Assembly: GCA_035292445.1 (NCBI GenBank)
Contig: DATDQB010000021.1
Span: forward strand, 1-57,391
Reading direction: 5' to 3'
DNA: 57,391 bases
Origin: Candidatus Omnitrophota bacterium
GTDB taxonomy: Bacteria; Omnitrophota; Gorgyraeia; Zapsychrales; Zapsychraceae
Below the pieces are notes generated by a model. It was given only the letters and a program-made list of their open reading frames with translations, did no database searches and was not told the origin of the DNA. Each line of letters opens with the position of its first letter. The first letter of the stretch is position 1. Made by a program: the position numbers and the translations under genes. Positions 47,664 through 55,292 of the stretch are shown in pieces.

Positions 47664-47722
47664 CTCTACGTATGTTTACCATACAGATCTGTGAGTATAT
47701 TGATATGTATGGTAATTTTTAT

Positions 47723-47808
47723 TTGACAAAAGTTAGGTCGCAAAGTATAGTCTAATTCAATTCCCCCAAATATCCGCTCGATGACCCCGCTAACACAAAG
47801 GGGGAAAA
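47723..47808 (+). promoter_or_regulatory. Island promoter plus leader module, copy 2 (RAYT1)
   Basis: TTGACA (47723), 17-bp spacer, TATAGT (47746), TTCAATTCCCCCAA, CCGCTCGAT (47774), CCCCGCTAACACAAAGGGGG, then ATG 47809. Confidence 0.8.
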
Positions 47809-48309
47809 ATGTCTGAAAAAAACAGAAAATTTCTTCGTTTGAAGGGTTATGATTATTCGCAATGCGGGTATTATTTTGTTACCGTTTGTACCAAAGGCCG
47901 TGTGGAATGGTTTGGTAATATTAGGGGTGACAAAATGGAATTGAATGAATACGGCAAAATCGTAAATGATGCCTGGTATTGGTTGGAAAATCAATATGAA
48001 TATGTTTCATTGGATGAATTTATTATTATGCCGAATCATATTCATGGGATTATCTGTATAGATGATTGTAGGGGCGGTTCGCGAACCGCCCCTACGATAA
48101 AATCAATAGGACGATTGGTCGGTGCGTTTAAAACGGTATCCACAAAACAAATTAACCAGGTGCGTAATACGCCAGCCATGCAATTATGGCAACGATCATT
48201 TTTTGATCATATTATCCGCAATGAGGTATCATTACAGCGCATAAGAGAATACATCCGTTCCAATCTAATTATGTGGGCCGAAGATAAAGAGAATCCAGGA
48301 GAGGTATAA
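47809..48309 (+). mobile_element. REP-associated tyrosine transposase (IS200-like Y1 HUH), copy 1
   Basis: LKGYDYS..GYYFVTVC, MPNHIHG (HUH), FKTVS, WQRSFFDHIIRNE and IREYI. Confidence 0.9.
48068..48095. repeat. GTAG-type REP palindrome inside RAYT1
   Basis: Perfect 28-bp palindrome GTAGGGGCGGTTCG/CGAACCGCCCCTAC. Confidence 0.9.
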
Positions 48310-48335
48310 GGTAAATTGGGCTGGCAGGAAGGCAT

Positions 48336-48431
48336 AAAAAAAGAGAGGGAGTAACCTTCGGACGGAACCTTAGGTGTGCCCTCTCATCGTGATTCTGGTT
48401 AAAATATAGCACGCCGGCGGATCCCCGTCAA
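48336..48431 (-). ncRNA. Putative small RNA transcription unit, copy 1 (promoter, hairpin, U tract)
   Basis: Minus-strand TTGACG (48431-48426), 17-bp spacer, TATATT (48408-48403); GAGAGGG/CCCTCTC stem; U tract at 48342-48336; near-identical to 51842-51910. Confidence 0.68.
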
Positions 48432-48510
48432 TTTCTAATTTTTGTGTAGTTTTTTTGCCCTGATCCCCCGATGTCCTAAATTTTCCCTTCCCAAACCCTT
48501 TTCCCGCCCC

Positions 48511-48564
48511 TAGAATACTGACATCCCTACCGCTCGATGACACCCCTAACAAAAGGGGGAAATT
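48511..48564 (+). repeat. Island leader module, copy 3 (ORF6N gene)
   Basis: TAGAAT (48511), TACCGCTCGAT (48528-48538), CCCCTAACAAAAGGGGGAAATT, then ATG 48565. Confidence 0.78.
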
Positions 48565-49080
48565 ATGTCTTCAAGCAGCATCTCAACAGAAATTATCACC
48601 AACAAGATCTTCATCATTAGGGGCCAGAAAGTAATGCTCGATCGCGATCTGGCGGAGCTTTATGGTGTTGATACAAAACAACTCAAAAGAGCAGTTAAAA
48701 GAAATATAGCCCGCTTCCCGGAAGATTTTATGTTCGAATTAACACAGCAAGAGGACAACACTTTAAGGTACCAATTTGGCACCTTAAAAAGAGGTGAACA
48801 TACCAAATATTTGCCTTATGTTTTTACCGAGCAAGGGGTGGCCATGCTCTCAAGCGTTTTACGCTCAACGCGGGCGGTCCAGGTCAATATCGCCATCATG
48901 CGGGCGTTTGTCAGGTTGCGCGATATGCTTTCGTTGCACAAAGAGCTGGCGGTGAAGCTAAAGGAATTGGAGCGAAAGGTTGAGGGAAATACGGGGGCCA
49001 TACGTGATATTTTTAAAGTGCTTGAGTGGCTGAGGAAGGAAGAGGAGAAGCCTAAGGGGAAGATAGGGTTTCATCCATGA
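48565..49080 (+). CDS. ORF6N domain DNA-binding protein
   Basis: IRGQKVMLDRDLAELYGV, AVKRNIARFPEDFMFEL, PYVFTEQGVAMLSSVL. Confidence 0.92.
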   Translation: MSSSSISTEIITNKIFIIRGQKVMLDRDLAELYGVDTKQLKRAVKRNIARFPEDFMFELTQQEDNTLRYQFGTLKRGEHTKYLPYVFTEQGVAMLSSVLRSTRAVQVNIAIMRAFVRLRDMLSLHKELAVKLKELERKVEGNTGAIRDIFKVLEWLRKEEEKPKGKIGFHP

Positions 49081-49154
49081 AGTACGCCAATACCATCTGC
49101 ACCTGGCCTGCTGAAGAGCGGTTTCGTGAGCGGCTCGCGAAGTATGGCGAACAC
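49077..49154 (+). pseudogene. radC: 5' fragment of a radC gene (first about 26 codons)
   Basis: TICTWPAEERFRERLAKYGEH matches the RadC N-terminus, then runs into a hairpin element. Confidence 0.7.
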
Positions 49155-49273
49155 GGCGAGCACTTACGCTTACGGAGCGAAGCGAACGTAAGCGTTAGGC
49201 GCAGCCGCCCCGGTGAATTCGTCCGTCCGCTAAATAATGTCTGCGGACGCCCGGGGCATAAAAAGGAGAAATT

Positions 49274-49714
49274 ATGAAAGAAACATATAGAAGCACAATT
49301 TGTAATTGGCCGATTAATGATCGACCACGAGAGCGTTTGGCTAAATACGGAGAACATAATTTATCCAACACTGAACTCCTCGCCATCCTCTTGCGCACCG
49401 GCGTCAAAGGCGAGACCGCCATAGATCTGGCCCGCAAGATCCTTAACAAATTCAAAACCTTCCGCAACATGAGCCACACAGATAGCCGCTTCACCACCCC
49501 CATCATCCGCGAGATCTTCCAAAAGGCGCTGCAGAACTTCGCCACCTCAATCATTTGCGTGCATAATCATCCTTCAGGTATTGCGGCACCAAGCCATGAG
49601 GATAGGGAGTTTACGCGCAAGCTCAAACAGGTGGGAGAGGCGATGCAGATCAGTGTTTTGGATCATATAATTATCGGCAACAACGCGCATTATTCCTTTA
49701 CCGAATCCGTGTAG
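49274..49714 (+). pseudogene. radC: RadC/JAB-domain gene with in-frame internal deletion
   Basis: RPRERLAKYG..LSNTELLAILLRTG joined directly to REIFQKAL...HNHPSG...VLDHIIIG. Only 146 aa; the central region is absent. Confidence 0.72.
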
Positions 49715-49743
49715 GGTCACAGGAAAGTATCTCTTGAAATCGA

Positions 49744-49785
49744 CTTACACTACATATATACTTAAACAAACAAATGTAGTGTAAG
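49744..49785. promoter_or_regulatory. Palindromic operator over the promoter/RBS of the two-gene NTase operon
   Basis: Perfect 12-bp IR CTTACACTACAT / ATGTAGTGTAAG flanking TATACT, with the right arm abutting AAGGAGG. Confidence 0.75.
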
Positions 49786-49795
49786 GAGGCCGGCC

Positions 49796-50110
49796 GTGAG
49801 GATCTTAAAGAACATTCTTCAAGAGAGCGAGCAATATTACCTGGATATCCGAAAGAAAATTCGGCAGAGACTTGCCAAACTCTCCGGAGGAAGCGTCAAA
49901 AAACGGGTCATATCCGGTAAAATATATTATTATCTGCAGGTCAGGCAAGGGAAAAAGGTCGTCCATAAATATCTGGGCAAGAAAAAGCCTGAAGTACTCA
50001 TCAAAGAGATCGAAGAGCGGATCATGTTAAAGCAGGAATTAAAGAAAATTGATGAAGCGTTGAAGCTATTGCACAAAACAAAGGATCGCAAGCGTGGAAA
50101 AGGAAATTAA
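49796..50110 (+). CDS. Small basic hypothetical protein (candidate antitoxin/regulator)
   Basis: AAGGAGG plus GTG start; GSVKKRVISGKIYYYLQ...HKYLG motif with coiled-coil ends; overlaps the next gene. Confidence 0.7.
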   Translation: MRILKNILQESEQYYLDIRKKIRQRLAKLSGGSVKKRVISGKIYYYLQVRQGKKVVHKYLGKKKPEVLIKEIEERIMLKQELKKIDEALKLLHKTKDRKRGKGN

Positions 50111-50780
50111 ACGAATATTGAAAGTCTTTGAGAAGCATGGCTTGTTCGAAGAAGGCATTCTTCTCATCGGCAGCTGGTGCTTTCAGCTTTATCAAAAACA
50201 CCTCGATGTTCCTGCGTTCCCGTTGTTGACGCAGGATATAGATTTCCTGATTCCCAATCCGTATAAAGGCAAAATAGACAATGAGTTTATTGATGATCTA
50301 AAAGCGCTTGGATTCATGGCCGAGCACCGCAGAGACGGCTCGCTGTATTTATGGAATGCCGAGCTCAAGATCGAATTTATTACGCCGGAGAAAGGGAGGG
50401 GCGTGGATCGGGCTATCCTTATTAAGAATCTGGGATTCCGGGCCATTCCCTTGAGATTCGTGAACCTCTTATTGGATGGTTTTATCAGTATCAACGATGA
50501 CGGTGTACGCATATCCGTGCCAAAGCCGATCAATTTTTGTCTTCATAAGATCCTGATTATCAGCCGCCGCAGGAATACGGCCAAAGCGTTGAAGGATCTA
50601 CAGCATGCGGTTCATACCTTTAGTAAAGTCGATCATCAGGAGTTCCTCAAAGCCTTTAAAAAATTACCCCGCAAATGGCAATTAACGATCGAGCGCACTT
50701 TAATTAAATTCAAGTCGCAAGATCCTCTCTTGGAAGACCAGATCGAAAGAATGCTAGTTACCCTACAAACCACCAAATAA
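50094..50780 (+). CDS. GSU2403-family nucleotidyltransferase-fold protein
   Basis: LLIGSWC, TQDIDFL, IEFITP, PLRFVNLL, FCLHKILIS.RR and KALKD. Confidence 0.78.
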   Translation: MEKEIKRILKVFEKHGLFEEGILLIGSWCFQLYQKHLDVPAFPLLTQDIDFLIPNPYKGKIDNEFIDDLKALGFMAEHRRDGSLYLWNAELKIEFITPEKGRGVDRAILIKNLGFRAIPLRFVNLLLDGFISINDDGVRISVPKPINFCLHKILIISRRRNTAKALKDLQHAVHTFSKVDHQEFLKAFKKLPRKWQLTIERTLIKFKSQDPLLEDQIERMLVTLQTTK

Positions 50781-50822
50781 TATCACTTGTAAGGTAAAAT
50801 AACCGGTTAACTGCCGCTTCAG

Positions 50823-50968
50823 TCTGATCCCCTGATATCCTTCAACCTGATGCCCCGATAACCCGATGACCTTGAAGTTTGTGTCTTGCCCCTCGCATGC
50901 GCTCGGGGTTCTCGCGAGGAGTACCGAGCGGAACGCGAGGTATGTCCTGTGTCTTGTGACTTGTGTCT
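50823..50968. repeat. Degenerate YGATNNCC octamer and TGTGWCT heptamer arrays interrupted by a palindrome
   Basis: About 5 octamers at 50823-50868; TGTGTCT at 50880, 50948 and 50962, TGTGACT at 50955; CCTCGC/GCGAGG hairpin at 50891-50940. Confidence 0.65.
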
Positions 50969-51121
50969 TTTCCAATGGTAGAAAACTGTCAGCCAAACGC
51001 CCCCTCAACCCCCGTGAAGTCTTACCTTTATATAAAAAAATTACTATTAGATTAAGACGAACGGCCCCAAAGTGCGAGCGTAGCGAGCATTTGGGGGGTG
51101 AGCACTCCCCGAAGCCGAAAG

Positions 51122-51308
51122 TTGACAAACTTTACTCTATAACGTATAGTTTTATTCAATTCCCCCCAACATATCCGCTCGATTTCTAAACGAGCCCCGC
51201 TTTTTGCTTTCGCAAGAAAGTAGCGGGGCGAGTTAACCCCGGTGAATTCGTCCCGCCTTCTCTAAGGTGGCATGGGACGTCCGGGGCCCGCTAACACAAA
51301 GGGGGAAT
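51122..51308 (+). promoter_or_regulatory. Island promoter plus leader module, copy 4, split by an about 100-bp two-hairpin insert
   Basis: TTGACA (51122), 17-bp spacer, TATAGT (51145), TTCAATTCCCCCCAA, CCGCTCGAT (51175), insert, CCCGCTAACACAAAGGGGG (51287-51305), then ATG 51309. Confidence 0.8.
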
Positions 51309-51776
51309 ATGCCGCATCAAATTGATCAGTCAGGAAAAATTGAGGCAACAAGCAAGAACACCATTTTGTGTCTGTCGAATGATGAATGGATTGCCGTTAA
51401 GATAGAAGCGAAAGCCAAAAGGCAATTACAAGAGATCTTCCGTAGAAATGGGCAACCGAGGAATTTTGTCCTTTTTACCTTTTCTGCTGGGCTAGCCATT
51501 TTACTTGATAGAACTAAGCATATTTCCAGAATTATGGTGGATCAGGAATATTATGGGAAGGAAGCTGTTATCAAGAACATTGTTCTTAAAATGTTGAAGC
51601 ACCGTGAGGGACCGTTAGAAATTAATTTTGGTAATATTGGTAAGAAAGCGTTGGCGCATCATCGGGCTTATGCGGTGGCAACGGGAAGGCTTAAAGCATC
51701 CTATACGGTTGGATTGAAAGAGTTGTATTATAAAATAAAAATGACCGAGGTCGGTAAACGACTGAAGAACGCTTAA
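51309..51776 (+). CDS. Divergent DUF3800-like / RNase H-fold protein
   Basis: N-terminal IDQSG (compare the DUF3800 xDESG motif), IMVDQEY, and C-terminal AHHRAY in the position of the ADxxA helix. 155 aa. Confidence 0.55.
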   Translation: MPHQIDQSGKIEATSKNTILCLSNDEWIAVKIEAKAKRQLQEIFRRNGQPRNFVLFTFSAGLAILLDRTKHISRIMVDQEYYGKEAVIKNIVLKMLKHREGPLEINFGNIGKKALAHHRAYAVATGRLKASYTVGLKELYYKIKMTEVGKRLKNA

Positions 51777-51817
51777 GCCTCCGGTTGAAACGGAGTGGGT
51801 CGGCGTTCACTCGGTCA
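51733..51817 (-). ncRNA. Structured RNA overlapping the 3' end of the DUF3800-like gene
   Basis: TGACCGAG/CTCGGTCA closing stem, GTCG/CGAC, GAACGC/GCGTTC and CTCCG/CGGAG; minus-strand U tract (AAATAAAAA on +). Confidence 0.68.
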
Positions 51818-51841
51818 AATAATTAAATCTTTTTTAATAGC

Positions 51842-51929
51842 GAGAGGGAGTAACCTTCGGACGCAACCTAGGTGTGCCCTCTCATCGTGATTCTGCTTAG
51901 AATATAACACAGGCCTTAGGACAAGTCAA
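51842..51929 (-). ncRNA. Putative small RNA transcription unit, copy 2
   Basis: About 70-bp near-identical copy of 48343-48412, with minus-strand TTGACT (51929-51924), 17-bp spacer, TATATT (51906-51901). Confidence 0.68.
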
Positions 51930-51940
51930 ATCCCTTTTCC

Positions 51941-52047
51941 CCGATCCTCTGATAACCTGATCTCCTCCAACCCGATCCCCTGATCCCCCCGATATCCCGA
52001 TATCCTGATATCCTGATATCCTCCGACCTGATTCCCTGATACCCCGA
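51941..52047. repeat. Degenerate octamer tandem repeat (YGATNNCC, about 13 units)
   Basis: cgatcccc tgatcccc cgatatcc cgatatcc tgatatcc tgatatcc ... tgattccc tgataccc. Confidence 0.85.
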
Positions 52048-52142
52048 TGGCCTATAAGTTTTCCCTTCCCAAATCCCGCTCCCACCGCTAAAATACCCCC
52101 ATGCCCCCGTTCGCCCTCAACCCCGCCACCACGCGCTGACAT

Positions 52143-52778
52143 ATGAGAATAATCTTTGCCATTCATGGGATCAGAAGCTCCAAAAAAGATAATTGGGTCC
52201 GTAAGTTTATCGATTTTTCCAAAAAGGATCCGAGATGCAAAGATGATATCTTGGTCCCGCATACATATGGTTATCTCTGGGCGCTTCATTCGGTTAACGC
52301 TATAATAAAGCATCAGCATGTAAAAAGAGTAATGAGGACGCTTCGCGAGCTCACCTCAAAGTATCCGAAGGCGGCGTTGAACATCGTTGGGCACAGTTAC
52401 GGCACGGAACTAAGTTACCAGGCCATTAAGCGAAGCGGCGAAGACGGCAAGCCCCCCATTAAAGTCGACAAATTGATCCTGGTTGCCAGCATTGTCTCCG
52501 CCCACAGGGAGATCCCTTACAAAGACACCTTAAGAGCGAGGAAGCTGAATGAGCTGCATTGTTATTGCAGTTATGAAGACGAAGTTTGCCGGTATAACCC
52601 GTTCGGTCATTCCGGTTGTTTTGGATTTCTAAGACATGTTCATGACCCGATGTGTTATCACAAACCGTTCAAAGACTTAGAGATCTATAACCATCAACAG
52701 AAAGATTTAGAGCATGGCGACTACTTTAAAGGAACAAAGTTTTTTAAGGAGTGGCTTGATATTATTGCAAAAAAATGA
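52143..52778 (+). CDS. Standalone alpha/beta-hydrolase-fold protein
   Basis: IFAIHGI, nucleophile elbow GHSYG, LILVAS, YEDEV and EHGDYF. Confidence 0.75.
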   Translation: MRIIFAIHGIRSSKKDNWVRKFIDFSKKDPRCKDDILVPHTYGYLWALHSVNAIIKHQHVKRVMRTLRELTSKYPKAALNIVGHSYGTELSYQAIKRSGEDGKPPIKVDKLILVASIVSAHREIPYKDTLRARKLNELHCYCSYEDEVCRYNPFGHSGCFGFLRHVHDPMCYHKPFKDLEIYNHQQKDLEHGDYFKGTKFFKEWLDIIAKK

Positions 52779-53108
52779 ATCCTTACAACTTACGGTTTAT
52801 AACTTAGGACTTATTTGACCCCATCGCTGGTGCTAGGCATTCAGACAAATCCGGTATCACGCAGGATTCCCGCACCATTGCGATGATTTTGAAGATTCTG
52901 TTGGGTAAAAAAATTGAACAGCCCAAGCGGAATTATGGGTATGTTTATAGGAATGTAGCGTAGAACGCGTCTATTCTCATCAATAAAACCCAATTTTTAA
53001 GCTCAAACCCAAGTCCAGGTTTCGGTTGAAAAATAGCGATCTCACCTATATTATACTTCTATCAATAATATTTATAGTACTCCCAAATATACTTAACAAG
53101 GAGTCTTT

Positions 53109-54641
53109 ATGGCCGGTAACGGTATTGGTGATTTAAGTTTCGCTTCAAAGCTTTGGAAAGCGGCGGATAAAATGCGTAATAATATGGATGCCGCTGAATA
53201 TAAGCATGTCGTTTTGGGGCTTATATTCCTGAAATATATTTCTGATGTATTTTTAGAAGTTTTCAATGAACTTCAAAAAGACAAACTTGCTGATTCGGAA
53301 GATATCGATGAATATCGCTCCCGAAATGTCTTCTGGGTCCCGCCTGATGCGCGCTGGTCTTATCTTCAGAAAAACGCCAAACAACCTACCATTGGAAAGA
53401 TAATCGATGACGCGATGGATGCTATTGAGCGCGATAATCCTTCGCTCAAAGGTGTCTTGTCTAAGAACTATGCTCGTCCAGCCCTTGATAAACAGCGCTT
53501 AGGAGAGCTTATTGATCTGATCGGCACGATGGGTTTGGGTGACAAAGAAAACCGGTCAAAAGACCTTTTAGGTCAGGTGTACGAATATTTTCTGGGACAG
53601 TTCGCTGATGCCGAAGGTAAAAAGGGAGGACAGTTTTATACGCCTCGTTGTATTGTCAGGCTTTTAGTTGAAATGCTTGAGCCATATAAGGGCCGTGTAT
53701 TCGACCCTTGCTGCGGCTCGGGAGGCATGTTCGTTCAAAGCGAGAAATTTGTGGAAGCCCACGATGGGCGTGTAGGTGATATCTCTATTTATGGCCAGGA
53801 ATCCAATCAAACCACGTGGCGATTGGCGATGATGAATTTAGCTATTCGCGGCATAGAGGCTAATATTCAGTGGGCGGATTCATTTCATAAAGATCTCCAA
53901 AAGGATTTGAAATCTGATTTTATTATTGCTAATCCTCCTTTCAATGTCAGCGATTGGAAGGGCGAGCTTTTGCGTGATGATCCTCGATGGAAATATGGGA
54001 CGCCACCGGTTGGTAATGCCAACTTCGCCTGGGTCCAACATTTCATTTATCATTTGGCTCCGGCAGGTGTTGCCGGCTTTGTTTTGGCTAATGGGTCAAT
54101 GTCTTCCAACACCTCAGGAGAAGGGGATATCAGAAAAGCTATCATTGAAGCTGATTTAATAGATTGCATGGTGGCATTACCCTCACAACTATTTTACAAC
54201 ACCATGATTCCAGCTTGTCTTTGGTTCATTGCTCGAGATAAGAAGAACCATAAGTTCAGAGACAGACGCGGCAAAACATTGTTTATTGATGCTCGCAATA
54301 TGGGGGAGATGATCGACCGCCGCCACCGTGATCTTACCAATGAAGAGATTCAAAAGATTGCCAAAACTTATCATGCTTGGCGAGGTGAAAAAGGCTGTGG
54401 TAAATATGAAGATATTAAAGGTTTTTGCAATGAAGCCACGTTTGATGATATTCGTAAACATGGGCATATCTTAACGCCTGGAAGATACGTTGGGACTGAG
54501 GATGTGGAAGAGGATGATGAAGTGTTTGAGGAGAAGATGAAGCGATTGACCGGTGAATTGAAAGAACAATTTAAAGAATCAGCCATGCTTGAAAAAGAAA
54601 TACAGAAGAATTTGAAACAAGTTGGTTTTCCGTTGGAGTAA
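53109..54641 (+). CDS. hsdM: Type I restriction-modification DNA methyltransferase subunit M
   Basis: [49 protein letters not shown]. Confidence 0.96.
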   Translation: MAGNGIGDLSFASKLWKAADKMRNNMDAAEYKHVVLGLIFLKYISDVFLEVFNELQKDKLADSEDIDEYRSRNVFWVPPDARWSYLQKNAKQPTIGKIIDDAMDAIERDNPSLKGVLSKNYARPALDKQRLGELIDLIGTMGLGDKENRSKDLLGQVYEYFLGQFADAEGKKGGQFYTPRCIVRLLVEMLEPYKGRVFDPCCGSGGMFVQSEKFVEAHDGRVGDISIYGQESNQTTWRLAMMNLAIRGIEANIQWADSFHKDLQKDLKSDFIIANPPFNVSDWKGELLRDDPRWKYGTPPVGNANFAWVQHFIYHLAPAGVAGFVLANGSMSSNTSGEGDIRKAIIEADLIDCMVALPSQLFYNTMIPACLWFIARDKKNHKFRDRRGKTLFIDARNMGEMIDRRHRDLTNEEIQKIAKTYHAWRGEKGCGKYEDIKGFCNEATFDDIRKHGHILTPGRYVGTEDVEEDDEVFEEKMKRLTGELKEQFKESAMLEKEIQKNLKQVGFPLE

Positions 54642-54647
54642 ACCTGA

Positions 54648-55292
54648 ATGCTTTATTTATATTTAGATGAAAGCGGGGATTTAGGGTTTGATTTTGTTAC
54701 TAAAAAGCCGTCAAAGTATTTTACGTTGAGCGTGCTTGTTGTTAAAGGACAAAAAAATAATCGTGCCATAATTAATACCGTTAAGCATACATTTAAACGT
54801 AAATTACATAAAAAGAAACTGCTTTTAGGGGGCGAATTAAAGGGGAGTAAGGTTTCTTTGGATATTAAGAAATATTTTTATAGGCAAATCGCGAAAATAG
54901 ATTTTAAGATTTATGCCCTTACACTTAATAAGAAGAGGGTTAATCAGAGTTTAGTCAGCGTAAAAGAGCGTCTATATAATTATATTGCCCGTTTGGTTCT
55001 TGACCAAATAGACATTAATAATGCGCATCAAAGGGTAATCTTTATTTTGGATAGAAGTAAAGGAAAACCGGAAATCGCTGACTTCAATAAATACATTTTT
55101 GATCAGATTAAAGGCAGACTTAATCCACAGATTCCTTTAGATATTGTACATAAACTTTCACATGAAATGCCAGGGCTTCAGGCGGCGGATCTTTTTGCGT
55201 GGGGAATCTTTAGGAAGTACGAAAAGCGGGATATGGAATGGTTCAATGTATTTAAAGGGAGTGTTATTTTTGATGACGTATATCTTCCATGA
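54648..55292 (+). CDS. DUF3800 domain protein (RNase H-like fold)
   Basis: YLDESGDLG, ELKGS, ILDRS and GLQAADLFAW. Confidence 0.85.
   Translation: MLYLYLDESGDLGFDFVTKKPSKYFTLSVLVVKGQKNNRAIINTVKHTFKRKLHKKKLLLGGELKGSKVSLDIKKYFYRQIAKIDFKIYALTLNKKRVNQSLVSVKERLYNYIARLVLDQIDINNAHQRVIFILDRSKGKPEIADFNKYIFDQIKGRLNPQIPLDIVHKLSHEMPGLQAADLFAWGIFRKYEKRDMEWFNVFKGSVIFDDVYLP

Noticed and set aside
50763-51189. ORFs 50763..51128 (-) and 50866..51189 (+)
   Set aside because: They run through repeats, hairpins and a promoter, with no protein-like motifs.
51897-52319. 140-aa minus-strand ORF with ISGYQDIGISG repeats
   Set aside because: A translation of the octamer tract and the antisense strand of the hydrolase gene.
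52790-53060. Possible gene fragment between the hydrolase and hsdM
   Set aside because: Short open frames on both strands, none recognisable.
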